64,000 nucleotides of DNA from Acidobacteriota bacterium (GTDB lineage Bacteria; Acidobacteriota; UBA6911; RPQK01; JADFOI01). A program made the translations under genes and the position numbers. Of the stretch, positions 27,916-38,490 are shown piece after piece. Numbering within the stretch: position 1 is the first letter of the stretch; each line of letters opens with the position of its first letter. The stretch is taken from the NCBI GenBank assembly GCA_963663035.1, contig OY760074.1, positions 1,408,001 through 1,472,000 of the forward strand, read 5' to 3'. The notes below the pieces were generated by a model. That model was not told where the DNA came from. It worked only from the letters and a program-made list of their open reading frames with translations, and did not search any database.

Positions 27916-28587
27916 GGCGCTCGCCGTAATGTACATTGGTGAGAGTTTAGTTAACCCCAACCGTCTTGTGGCTCGCGGGTAAGGGGAACAAAGCACAACG
28001 TTCGTAGTAATAGAAAGTCAAACCGGTCGACGCAGGACGAAAAAGACTGGGCCATCAAGGCCCTTGAGGAAATGAGAAGTAGCGGCGCCTCTCATCCGAT
28101 CCAGGACAAATCTCAGAAGTGTCGGGCTGAAACTTTATGGCCAGTGAGGTTGTAGCGCAGGAGAAGTCACTTTTACCAATGCTCTTCGAAGACACCCACG
28201 AGAGCGGAAGGATTGGGCCCATAGTGGGAGAAACTGTCTTTTTCCGCTTCCAATATCGCAGCACTTTCTATGGTCTTTGTACATTTACGGCCAAGATTGT
28301 CGAAGGAACAAACCAACCTCTTAGGCTGGATAGGTATTCCATTTCTCTGGAAACTTACGAGTTAAAGAAAGGAAAATGTTCTAGGCTTATGAGTGTCGCG
28401 GAAGTCTTTTTTACGGCGATGTTAGTGGCCTATTCCTCCCTTAGTCAGTTGCGAGCTGATCCGCGGTTTGAAGAATGACGATGCAGCAGTGTCCAAGCAA
28501 AAGCCATCATCCCTCCCGGCATGAAGGTCGGCTGCTCTGGACATTTCTGTTGGATGCTGAGAGAGATCCAAACCAGGAGGTTATCGA

Positions 28588-29463
28588 GTGACTAAGCCTG
28601 AAGCCGCAGTCGATCAGATGACCTACTTTGACGACATTGCACAAGATTATGAGCGGGTCCGTAGGACTGATGAGACACCCGACAACCTTATGGGTCGGTT
28701 GAGAGTTTTTTACTGTTTAGATCCTATGCAGCTAGTACTCTCTCCAATTTGTTCCAATCGGTACCTCCCGTGCCTTTGGCGTTTATCGACTGCTGGTTGT
28801 TGCCTTTATTTTTGTTTGGTTAGTTCTTTGATCGTCAATCTGAGTGCACAAAATCGAGAAGAGGAAAAGCTGCCTCCAACTAATCAAAATCCAATTCTTA
28901 GGGACTATTTTCGAAAAGACTTCACTTACATGGGAGACTCTACTGACTCACGGGATTCACCGACCGATCCCCGCGCCGAGGAGTTTATTGACCAACAGAT
29001 TGATGGTTATGTGTCGGAACTGAGTGAAAGGCTTGCTCTTTTGAAAGCCCACTTTGCCGAGGTCGAGCGAGAAAGAGAAGCAATCCTCGAGTTGACAGGC
29101 AGTCAGGAAAGTCGAGAGGCCAGGGTTCGCTTGAAGGATGCTCTCGAGCAGGTTGGAGACCAAGCAAAGGATCTTTGGAACATGCTTCGTCACGTTTTCA
29201 CGGAGCTGAAAGACAGAAGTGGTTTCAAACACCCGATCGACAACCAAGGCAAGGGCCTTGTGTTCCAAAAAGAGATCAAATTTATGCGTGAGCAGATCAG
29301 GAGAAGCGAGGCGAGAATCATTGAATACTTTTTCGAGCCAAACAACACAATCAAGGCCGAAGATCTCAGAGGCGGAAACATGCTGGTCCATTTATACCAG
29401 GTGCATCGAATGACCAGGGAATTGAGAGAGCATCTGAGGTCCTCCGAATTGGAGTGCTTTTGA
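28588..29463 (+). CDS. Chimeric ORF: SAM-methyltransferase N-terminal remnant fused to a helical, probably exported hypothetical protein
   Basis: First ~28 aa (YFDDIAQDYERVR) match the N-terminus of the 45128-45895 product; the rest has a hydrophobic segment and coiled-coil character. True start uncertain. Confidence 0.55.
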   Translation: MTKPEAAVDQMTYFDDIAQDYERVRRTDETPDNLMGRLRVFYCLDPMQLVLSPICSNRYLPCLWRLSTAGCCLYFCLVSSLIVNLSAQNREEEKLPPTNQNPILRDYFRKDFTYMGDSTDSRDSPTDPRAEEFIDQQIDGYVSELSERLALLKAHFAEVEREREAILELTGSQESREARVRLKDALEQVGDQAKDLWNMLRHVFTELKDRSGFKHPIDNQGKGLVFQKEIKFMREQIRRSEARIIEYFFEPNNTIKAEDLRGGNMLVHLYQVHRMTRELREHLRSSELECF

Positions 29464-29470
29464 GGCTAAC

Positions 29471-29761
29471 ATGACGAAGAAACTCTATGTTGGCGGCTTG
29501 CACCATCACGTAACAGGCGAGATACTCGACAACTTTTTCTCAGCTTACGGGACTGTAAAATCAGCTACTGTCACTACCGACAAAATAACCAATCTGTCAC
29601 GAGGCTTCGGTTTTGTCGAAATGAGTTCTGAGTCTGAGGCTCATGAAGCAATGGAGAACTTGGACGGCATTCAGTTTGAGGGACGGACTGTTAGGGTGTA
29701 TGAGGCACGGCCTAGGCCAGTTCAACGTCGTGGGAAGGTCTTCAGGCTGGATCGCTGGTAA
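29471..29761 (+). CDS. RRM RNA-binding protein
   Basis: RNP2 KLYVGGL, RNP1 RGFGFVEM. Confidence 0.93.
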   Translation: MTKKLYVGGLHHHVTGEILDNFFSAYGTVKSATVTTDKITNLSRGFGFVEMSSESEAHEAMENLDGIQFEGRTVRVYEARPRPVQRRGKVFRLDRW

Positions 29762-29892
29762 AGTCTCCCTGCGCTTGCGATGCTCAAATACTTCATTACG
29801 GCTGCACTTGACATGACAGTCTCCTCCTCGAATAGAGGGATGTCATTGGATACACCGAAAAACGCCGAGTGATTTTACGAGAGGAGAACCAA

Positions 29893-30393
29893 ATGATGCC
29901 AAAGGAGCCAACTATTAGGGTGAAAAAGGGGGTGGAATTCGCCGTTTCTCTCCGTAATCGTCCCCTCGCAGAGTTACTTGAAAAACTCGCCGCCATACAG
30001 GTAAACATCAAGGCCTTTATGTTGTACACGGGCTTTATCAGTAATATCCCGAATGTGTGCCTGGCTGGCGGGGCATGCAAGATGCTGATGGATAACGACG
30101 AGGTGGCCCGTAAAGCGTTTCGTGACCTCAATGTCGAGTTCTGGGAAGAAGAGGTTCTCCTGCTGAGAGCACTACAGCAGCCTGGGCTATTCGCGACTGT
30201 CCTGGGAAGTCTGGCCGAAGCCGGCCTCAACGTGAAAGATGGCTACGCAAGCGTTCCCTCTGGTCGAGAAGACGTGCTCATGGTTTTCTCCGTTTACGAC
30301 ATTGAAGGGAGCCTTTCGGTTTTCTCAACTGCTCTAAATAAATCGAGCGAACAGCCGTTCCATCTGGGGACAGCTGTTCCCCCATTTCGCTGA
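29893..30393 (+). CDS. ACT-domain protein
   Basis: SLRNRP..LAAIQVNI and QQPGLFATVLGSLAEAGLNV tandem ACT pattern; GAGGAG RBS. Confidence 0.65.
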   Translation: MMPKEPTIRVKKGVEFAVSLRNRPLAELLEKLAAIQVNIKAFMLYTGFISNIPNVCLAGGACKMLMDNDEVARKAFRDLNVEFWEEEVLLLRALQQPGLFATVLGSLAEAGLNVKDGYASVPSGREDVLMVFSVYDIEGSLSVFSTALNKSSEQPFHLGTAVPPFR

Positions 30394-30686
30394 GAAGGAG
30401 ACCCGCCTGTACGACCCGGAGGATTTCCAAAGGCTGGAAGGAGAGTTTCCGGAATTGGCACTGGGGTCCTGAGATGAACTGTCGTTCGAGAAGCCGCTTT
30501 CCCGCGATCGTCTTCTGCACACCACGCGCCAGCGCAAATGCTCAACTTTTGCGTTCTATGGTGAGGAGGAGTTTTGGCGGGCCTATGCAACCTTTCGCTC
30601 GCGTCTGGGGTTCTGGAGTGACAGTTCTTACTTGGCCGAAATCGGGCTTATCGTCTTCCGACGCGGATGAAGGACTGAGTGGCTAA
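30354..30686 (+). pseudogene. C-terminal remnant of SAM-methyltransferase paralogue
   Basis: High nucleotide similarity to 45578-45895, with frameshifts. Confidence 0.88.
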
Positions 30687-30712
30687 GAAAGACCGGCTGA
30701 GGTTCGGGCCGA

Positions 30713-31652
30713 ATGCACAGAAAAGGTACCGACATCTCAAAAGATCAATTGCCCAACCTTTCTCCCAAAATCATCTTCATCGCCATAGCCGTCCTTCTCG
30801 GGGTGGTGGTGGTTCTGGACAGTTTTTACCAGGTTCAGCCTGAAGAGGTGGGCGTCATCAGGCGTTTTGGCCAATACCAGGCGCCCCCCAGGCCTCCGGG
30901 TTTGCAGTTCAAGTTGTCCTTTATCGACACCGTGGTCAAAGTGCCGGTGCAAAGGCAACTCAAACAGGAGTTTGGATTTCGTACGCAAACGCCGGGTCGG
31001 CGCACCCTCTATTCTCCCCAGGACTATTTGGGGGAATCCCTGATGCTGACCGGCGACCTGAACGTGGCGGTGGTGGAATGGATTGTGCAATACCGGGTCT
31101 CGGATCCCTATGAGTATCTCTTTAAAGTGCGCAACGTGGAGGACACCTTTCGTGACCTGACTGAGGCGGTGATGCGAAAAGTTGTCGGGGATCGAACGGT
31201 CACCGAGGTTCTGACAGTGGGTCGTCAGGAGATCGAAACCACCGTAAAAGTGCAATAGCAGGAACTGTGCAATCAGTACGAAACGGGCATTACCATTGAT
31301 CAGGTGGTCTTACAGGATGTGAATCTGCCCGATCCTGTGTAAACCCTCCTGGAATGAGGTCAATCAGGCCCAGCAGACCATTTTGCAGGCCCAAGGGTAC
31401 GCGCTGGACCGAGTCAATCGTGCCCAAGGGGATGCCACCCGTTTCAAGGCGCTTTACGAAGCCTATCGTCGGGCCCCTCAGGTCACCCGCCGGCGCATGT
31501 ATCTGGAAACCATGGCCAAGGTGCTGCCGAGGATGGGCGGCAAGCTTTACATCGACAAAGATGTCGAGGGAGTGATGCCGCTGCTTCCCATGGAGACTTT
31601 GCGGGGCCTAACCACAGGAGATGGAGCAGCCAACAGGGGGTTTGATCAATAA
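30713..31652 (+). pseudogene. hflK: hflK pseudogene
   Basis: SPFH motifs ESLMLTGDLN, VEWIVQYRV, RRRMYLETM; internal TAG at 31256, frameshift and internal deletion. Confidence 0.88.
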
Positions 31653-31745
31653 GCAGGAGACTTCTTCCGGCTCTTTTTGCGGGACTGATTTTTTTTGGGC
31701 GCTGCCTGTTCGTGTATGAAACCAAACAGCTGATTATCACCGCAG
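31643..31745 (+). pseudogene. hflC 5' remnant
   Basis: LFVYETKQLIIT directly after hflK resembles the HflC N-terminus. Confidence 0.45.
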
Positions 31746-32063
31746 GATTACAGTTGACAGGGCCCAAAAGCGGACAGACATTCACCTCAGGTCGAAGGGG
31801 TGAAAGACAAACCTAATGAGCAATCAGTTATAGCGTGTCTCCGTATAAGGATTCTGTCGTCGGAATCAAGTTTCAGGGAAGGAGAGCGTTCCATGCGTGT
31901 GCAAACTGCACCAACCGACTCAGCGTCCACCTTGAAGAGGCGATTGTACTTCCAAATCAGCTTATGCATAATCCCAGCCAACCGGGCTTTGCCCAGAGTT
32001 GGGTATAGTGAGTATAGGAAGGGAGTTGCTCTGAAACGGACGAAATACCGGCTTGTTTAAGAC

Positions 32064-34046
32064 ATGACCATACCCCTGCTCAATGACATCGTCATCATAT
32101 TCGGGCTCTCCGTTGGCGTCGTCTTCATCTGCCACCACCTTCAAGTACCCGCCATCGTGGGCTTTCTCCTGACCGGTGTATTGGCAGGGCCTCACGGACT
32201 GGGGCTGGTGAAAGCGGCTGATGAAGTTGAAATTCTGGCTGAAGTCGGGGTTGTGCTCCTCCTCTTTACAATTGGAATTGAGTTCTCCCTCAAGACCCTG
32301 CTGCAAATCAAGAAATCTGTGCTATTGGGTGGCTCGCTCCAGGTCATCCTGACCCTTTTGGTTGCTTTTCTCATAGCCAGGCGAACCGGCCAGAATGTTG
32401 GTGAATCCGTCTTCATCGGATTGCTGATTGCTCTCAGCAGCACGGCCATTGTGCTCAAACTCATCCAGGAAAGAGCTGAAATCGACAGCCCCCATGGACG
32501 AACCTCGCTGGCCATCTTGATCTTTCAGGACGTGGCTGTGGTTCCCATGATGCTGTTCATTCCGCTCCTGGCCGGTGCCACGGGTAACCCAGGTGAATCC
32601 TTGCTGATTCTGGCGGTGAAAGGGATCGGCATCATCCTCTTGGCGATCACTCTTGCCAAATGGATTGTTCCCCAAGTGTTGTATCAAATCGTTCGCACGC
32701 GCAGCCGCGAACTCTTCTTGTTGAGCATCTTCGTGATCTGCCTTGCCGTCGTGTGGTTCACTTCCCTGATCGGTCTGTCTTTTGCCCTGGGAGCGTTTTT
32801 GGCCGGCTTAATCGTTGCAGAATCTGAGTACAGTCATCAGGCTCTTGGCTATATTTTGCCCTTCCGCGACGTGTTCATCAGCTTCTTCTTTGTCTCCATT
32901 GGTATGCTGCTGGATGTCGGTTTTCTTTTCCAGCACCCTGGACTCATTGTGTTGGTTACAGTCGGTGTTCTGGGGTTAAAAGCCGTGATCGCTGGTTTGG
33001 TAACAATGTTGCTGGGACTTCCATTGAGGACGGCAATTTTGGTTGGTCTTGGACTCAGTCAAGTCGGAGAATTTTCTTTTATTTTGTCCAAGGCTGGTGT
33101 GGAGTACGGCTTTCTCGCCGGGGATCTTTACCAGCTGTTCCTGGCCCTCTCCGTGCTCAGTATGGCGGCCACTCCCTTCATGATCGCGCTGGCGCCTCGG
33201 ATCGAAAATGTTGTCCTTGGATTGCCCCTGCTGAGAAAGTTGAAGGGGGGTCTGTATCCGGTGCAAGCCAGCGACGATGTCGACATGAAAGACCACCTCA
33301 TTATCATTGGCTTCGGAGTGAATGGAAGAAACGTGTCACGGGCCGCCAAGGCGGCGGGCATCCCCTATGTCATCATTGAAATGAATCCCGAAACGGTCCG
33401 GGCCGAACAGGCCAAGGGGGAACCCATCCACTACGTTGATGCAACCCAAGAGGTGGCTCTGGACCACACCGGGATGAAAGAGGCGCGAGTTCTGGTGGTA
33501 GCCATCACCGACCCGGGCGCAACCCGAAAAATCACCGAAATCGCTCGGAGAATGAATCCCAGGACCTACATCATTGTCCGAACCCCTTACGTCAAGGAAA
33601 CCAAGGCTTTGTTGGAATTAGGAGCCGACGAGGTGATTCCCCAGGAGTTTGAGGCATCGGTGGAGATTTTTGCCCGAGTTTTGGTGAAGTACCTGATACC
33701 GAAGGACGAAATCGAGAGGTTCATTGCTGAAGTGCGATCCGATGGCTACCAGATGTTTCGAAGCCTTTCCGAAGAGTCGGTATCGCTTTCCAATTTGAAA
33801 CTTCATCTTCCCGATATCGATATTAATATGTTGCGGCTTCGCAACGGATCCTCCCTGGTCGGAAAATCGTTGGCTGAGATTGAGTTGAGAAAGGCATATA
33901 GTGTTACCTTGTTGGCCATTCGGCGGGGCACCGAAATACTGTCTAACCCCGGCGGAGACATCAGACTCTGTGCCAACGATGTCCTGGTGATCCTTGGGCA
34001 ATCAGATAAGATTGCCGACATCAGTGGATTATTCGAAAAAAGCTGA
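32064..34046 (+). CDS. CPA2/Kef-type cation:proton antiporter with TrkA-N and TrkA-C domains
   Basis: LAEVGVVLLLFTIGIEFS, LSSTAIVLK, LIFQD, LSQVGEFSF, IIGFGVNG. Confidence 0.95.
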   Translation: MTIPLLNDIVIIFGLSVGVVFICHHLQVPAIVGFLLTGVLAGPHGLGLVKAADEVEILAEVGVVLLLFTIGIEFSLKTLLQIKKSVLLGGSLQVILTLLVAFLIARRTGQNVGESVFIGLLIALSSTAIVLKLIQERAEIDSPHGRTSLAILIFQDVAVVPMMLFIPLLAGATGNPGESLLILAVKGIGIILLAITLAKWIVPQVLYQIVRTRSRELFLLSIFVICLAVVWFTSLIGLSFALGAFLAGLIVAESEYSHQALGYILPFRDVFISFFFVSIGMLLDVGFLFQHPGLIVLVTVGVLGLKAVIAGLVTMLLGLPLRTAILVGLGLSQVGEFSFILSKAGVEYGFLAGDLYQLFLALSVLSMAATPFMIALAPRIENVVLGLPLLRKLKGGLYPVQASDDVDMKDHLIIIGFGVNGRNVSRAAKAAGIPYVIIEMNPETVRAEQAKGEPIHYVDATQEVALDHTGMKEARVLVVAITDPGATRKITEIARRMNPRTYIIVRTPYVKETKALLELGADEVIPQEFEASVEIFARVLVKYLIPKDEIERFIAEVRSDGYQMFRSLSEESVSLSNLKLHLPDIDINMLRLRNGSSLVGKSLAEIELRKAYSVTLLAIRRGTEILSNPGGDIRLCANDVLVILGQSDKIADISGLFEKS

Positions 34047-34221
34047 TGGTGAGACATAATCTCAATCAGGTGACACTACTGCGCAATGCCACGCTGGTAA
34101 GGCATCCTCGCCTCGTGGTGATTTGATTCAACGGTGGGTAAAGGAGTCATGATGGAATGATTTCGGCTGTCCTGTCTGGATTTGCTGTGGTGCAAGTGCG
34201 CCGACTGTAGCGAGGAAAAGG

Positions 34222-34917
34222 ATGAACAAGGAAGTAGCAAAGTTAAAGGATCATTATATTGTCTGTGGATTCGGCAGGATTGGAAAACCCCTCGCTAAGG
34301 ATCTGAAACAGGAAGGCTACCCGGTGTGCATTCTGGAAAATGATCCTGAGCGAGAAGCAGAAATTCAGGCTGCAAAGCATCTCTATCTCATTGGTGACGC
34401 TACGGATGAATCGGTTCTCTCTTCCGCAGGTATCAAGAGGGCAAAGGTAGTTCTGGCCCTGCTTGCCTCCGACGCGGATAACTTGTTCCTGACCATCACT
34501 GTAAAGGAACTGAATCCCCAGGTCATGGTTATCGCCACGGCTTCTGATGAGAAGGTCGAACCAAGACTAAAGCGCAGCGGCGCAGATAAGGTGATCTCTC
34601 CCTATAAGACGGTTTATGCGCGCTTCGTTCACGCCGCCATTAAGCCCCCCGTCGTCGAGTTCTTGGAGCTGGTCACTCTTCAACTGAGTATGGAGGAACT
34701 CACGGTTTGTGATGGATCACCGTTTCAAGGTCTGACCCTTGCCGAGTCTGAAATCAGACGTAACTATGGCGTGGTCGTCGTCGCCATCAAACAAGCCAAT
34801 GGGGAAATCGCTTTCAATCCACAAGCTTCAACAGAGCTTGCGACTGACGACATTCTGGTGGTCATCGGGAAAAATCCTGACCTCAAAAGACTGGAAAGGG
34901 GGTGCAAGGGCAACTGA
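34222..34917 (+). CDS. TrkA/RCK domain protein (K+ channel cytoplasmic part; pore absent, probably truncated)
   Basis: HYIVCGFGRIG, GDATDE, GADKVISP, TrkA-C. Confidence 0.8.
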   Translation: MNKEVAKLKDHYIVCGFGRIGKPLAKDLKQEGYPVCILENDPEREAEIQAAKHLYLIGDATDESVLSSAGIKRAKVVLALLASDADNLFLTITVKELNPQVMVIATASDEKVEPRLKRSGADKVISPYKTVYARFVHAAIKPPVVEFLELVTLQLSMEELTVCDGSPFQGLTLAESEIRRNYGVVVVAIKQANGEIAFNPQASTELATDDILVVIGKNPDLKRLERGCKGN

Positions 34918-35010
34918 GGGATGTTACACCGCAAACAACCTGCGCAGAGTCTTTAAGATTCGTCAAATAACTAACCCGAAACGAAGGTAAGGGCAAAGGA
35001 GGGGTGAGCC

Positions 35011-35452
35011 ATGAAAAAGTACCTTTTATTGGTGATCATAGTTGCTGTCAGCGGTTTTGTTGCCTGTGACTCCGGAGCCAGATCCCCAATCGGATTCGGC
35101 CTGCCGGAGGGCGATATCGAGCAGGGAGAGGCAGCATTTCTAGAACTACAGTGTTAGACCTGTCATCAGGTGGCTGGTCTTGACCTACCAGAACCCACTG
35201 TTAAACCCCCTGTCCCAGTGGTACTCGGTGGAGAGGTCTTTTGAGGTCAGAACGGATGGTTACTTGCTCACTTCGATTATTCATCCTTCGTACAAGATAG
35301 CGCAAGGCAATCATCAGGAAGAGATCACCACGAGTACAGGTGAACGAATGCCAGACCACAGTGATGTCATGACGGTTCGCCAGCTGATAGACCTAGTGGC
35401 CTTTCTCCAGTCATCCTACAAGGTTGTTCCTCCACCTCAGCCAGTCTTCTGA
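35011..35452 (+). pseudogene. Cytochrome c lipoprotein pseudogene
   Basis: MKKYLL..VAC lipobox; heme motif C*TCH broken by TAG at 35155; a frameshift precedes TSIIHPS..RMP..LIDLVAFLQS. Confidence 0.8.
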
Positions 35453-35735
35453 GGATCGCCCGGAATGGGCTTTGCCGGGGTGAAGCACGATTTCGGCTGA
35501 TCTACTGTAGGAATGGCGAGTACTTTGAGTAGCTGATTGTTTGGTCCCGAGGTTCTGTTTTCGGGGTTGCAAGTCAGGCAAGCTTAGTCAGAGACAACAG
35601 CAATGAAGGCCACCACAAAAGGGCCTATAGCGGCAAAATAGAACGCCGCTGCACTCATCTTCATTGCCTTTCACAAGCTTGGCGGTCGAAGGTTCAAAAA
35701 ATTCTCGCAGCGTAAGCCACTGGGGAGGCGATTCT

Positions 35736-35935
35736 TTGATCGGCCAAACTATCTCCCCATAGTCCTTGAAAAACTCGACCACGGAGGCATGGACGAGGTA
35801 TACCTCGCCGAGGATGCCAGCCTGAAATGAGAAGTCGCCATCAAGGTTGCGCCCCAGCAATTCACGCGAGATCCCCTGCCATTGGCCCAGTTTGAGCGAA
35901 AGGCCCAACCGGTGGCTTCACTCAATCCCCCAGGG
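35736..35935 (+). pseudogene. Ser/Thr protein kinase N-terminal remnant
   Basis: MIGQTIS..LEKLDHGGMDEVYLAED..*EVAIKV..QFERKA..ASLN. Confidence 0.8.
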
Positions 35936-35952
35936 ATCCCCTGGCACACCAG

Positions 35953-36783
35953 TTACTCGAAGCGGACCTCAAATATTTTGGGCCAGAGCTTTCCCGTGAG
36001 AAGAAAGGTCCGTCGGCCCGGAATGTAAGCAATCCCGTTTAGAACGTCCTCGCTTGGCTCCTTCGACTGATAAGGAAGCCTGGAAGCGTCAATTACAGCT
36101 GTGACATGTCCGGTTAAGGGTTCAATTCTAACAATGTCCCTTTTCTGCCAAAGGTTGGCGTATACCGACCCGTCTGCAAACTCCAACTCATTCAATAGGC
36201 TCATAGGACGGCCCTTCAAAGTAACCGGCAAGCGACGCTGCACTGCGAAACTCTTTGGATCCCTAAAAGTCAAGACATCAGAGCCATCACTCATCACCAA
36301 CGAGGTCCCGTCGTAGGTCAGTCCCCAACCCTCTCCTGAATAGTTTAACCTGCCCAACTCGTGAAAGGTTTCGACCTCGTAAGTTAGCGCAACCTCTTCG
36401 CGCCAGGTTAGCTGGATGAGGCGATCACCAACCTTAGCGAGGCCTTCTCCGAAGAGTCGAGGTGAAAGTCTGACCTCATGAAGGACATCACCACTGTGCA
36501 GTTCCACTTTCCTAAGACTCGACTGCCCGTATTGCCCAGTGCTCTCGTAAAGGCTCCCATGGTGCCACAAAAGACCCTGAGTAAATGCTCGTGGATCGTG
36601 TGGGTATTCGGCCAAAACTCTTGCCCTGAGAAATTCTACTGATCCTGGATTTGACTCAGGAACGTCAATCTCATCACCTGTTGTCAGTGAAAAGAGGAAA
36701 AATACGAAAGCGAAACCGACAAGCAGAGAAAGAAGACGAACGTACCCAGAGATCGAATCAGGCAAGTTCACTTTCTGAATCAT
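35953..36783 (-). CDS. Glutaminyl-peptide cyclotransferase
   Basis: YPHDPRAFTQGL, LYESTG, FGEGL, EGWGL, LNELE, VLNGIAY, TGKLWP. Confidence 0.95.
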   Translation of the reverse strand: MIQKVNLPDSISGYVRLLSLLVGFAFVFFLFSLTTGDEIDVPESNPGSVEFLRARVLAEYPHDPRAFTQGLLWHHGSLYESTGQYGQSSLRKVELHSGDVLHEVRLSPRLFGEGLAKVGDRLIQLTWREEVALTYEVETFHELGRLNYSGEGWGLTYDGTSLVMSDGSDVLTFRDPKSFAVQRRLPVTLKGRPMSLLNELEFADGSVYANLWQKRDIVRIEPLTGHVTAVIDASRLPYQSKEPSEDVLNGIAYIPGRRTFLLTGKLWPKIFEVRFE

Positions 36784-37498
36784 TCCGACAGTACTAGGAT
36801 GCGGCCAAATAACACCCTATTATCCCACTTCGTCCCAAAGGCGGGAAGGATCACACCGAATTTCACCAAGACAGGCTTGTCCTTGTTTAAAAAGAGCCTG
36901 TGATTTCTGATGTACTCCAGGAGCCTGTCATCATTTTTCCGTTAGGCGTTCCATTCAGTCTACGAGAGAAAAAGGCCGCCACCCTCCGCTAAGTCCGAGA
37001 CGAAAACGTGGGAAATGGCAACTAGGCCGATCAAGACGGCACCGCTCAGAACTCGTATCTCCCACACTGCAAAATTCATGGTCGCGCTTTCTCTCCATGG
37101 GCGGTTTTATCTGGTGTCTACTTTGGCAATCAGCATGATATCGACCCTCAAGCATAACTTGGCCCGCCAATTAGGCCAATACATTCTTCATGATTCTAGT
37201 AATAAATTAGCAAACCATCGACCAGTAGTCCTGACATCCTAATTGAGACCGAACTCCCTCCATCTTTCAGCACCAGCTGGCTTCGGTTTATGGGTGTTAC
37301 GTTAAGGTCATCCAACGCATCTATTTGGGGTATATGGCCCAATTTCTCTGCGAAACTCATTCCCCTTGCTCACCCACACCTGTAGAGATCTCAGTCAGAG
37401 ATTAACTGATCGACGTTAAGTGACCACTCTCTCACTCCTGGTGCCTTTCCGCCAGAACGGGACTGAAAGTTGCATAAGAATAAAAAGGAAAGGAGATT

Positions 37499-37957
37499 TC
37501 ATGACTTTCCATGCGAAATATTGAAGCTTTCAATGATATCCCCAACCCTAACGTCCTCCTGTATCTGATTCCCTCGCAGAATTCCTGTCGCTCTGCTTCT
37601 ATCTTGAGTCTTTAGAAAGACCTTCAGATGGACAAACTCGAATTCCGGAGCGAATTCCCACGAACCTACCTTCCCAAAAAAGTACGCTGGTCGTAAACCC
37701 CAATACAGTGGACGATCAAAAGGTCTCCCCTCCCATTTGGCGTCGTGCAACAGCAAGTCCGTCTCGGTTGGAGGGTGATGGAGTATCAGAACACTCTGCT
37801 GAGTGTGATTTGGACCCGAGTACGCTGCCACAACGAATTCGTCAGCACGAGCTTCCCTACTAAAGAGGCACAGGAAACACATAAAGGGGAGAAGCCTGGG
37901 CTTTAAAAACATTTCACATACACTGTACAAGGCTGTCCACTTGGTCGGGGACTCCAA
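37499..37957 (-). pseudogene. Outer-membrane beta-barrel (lipid A oxidase-like) 5' fragment
   Basis: Signal peptide; WEGRPF..PLYWGLR..EFVHLKV..FNISHG, then abrupt stop. Confidence 0.5.
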
Positions 37958-38003
37958 ACTGGAACCACGAGGTTCTCACCTGGGAAGTGGAGGTGTGGGC
38001 CTT

Positions 38004-38300
38004 TCATGGAGCCGACCAGATAATCTTGCTGTTGTTATCGAGCAGATTTACACTCGGTTCCCCCTCGCTCCCCAAGCCTAATGTGATCCGGGGCTGCCCA
38101 TCTTCGTCATATAGGGCTAACCCTGGTTCGCCGTGGATTCCTAAAACAAACTTAGCCCGTATTCGGCCCTCGCTGTCGGAGAAATGGATTTCCTTCGCAT
38201 CAATGGTTTTGCCCATATACAACTGGGCTGATATTGCTCCACCCAACAAAGATGCACTCAAGGTCAATGCGATCACCAGCCAGTAATCTTGACGATTCAT
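38004..38300 (-). CDS. Small exported hypothetical protein
   Basis: GGAG RBS, N-terminal TM helix, repeated beta units (DSEGRIR, DEDGQPR). Confidence 0.7.
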   Translation of the reverse strand: MNRQDYWLVIALTLSASLLGGAISAQLYMGKTIDAKEIHFSDSEGRIRAKFVLGIHGEPGLALYDEDGQPRITLGLGSEGEPSVNLLDNNSKIIWSAP

Positions 38301-38490
38301 TTGAGACTCCTTTTGGTTTGCCTTGATTCTACACTGGCTAGGACCTCATCGTATCAGAGCTTCTCTCTATAGCATCGGGCCTGCATCACACCGTCGGCAC
38401 CCTGCTTCAGCATAATCAAAAACCGGATCGGTAGGAGTCCCGTTGCGTTGATGTCCAGCTGGCATGGCTATCTATCCCCCTTGGACAGAT

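Noticed and set aside
27930-28137. Conserved leader as a Na+ or nhaA riboswitch
   Set aside because: Conservation is explained by duplication and a small ORF; no recognisable aptamer by eye. An Rfam scan would settle it.
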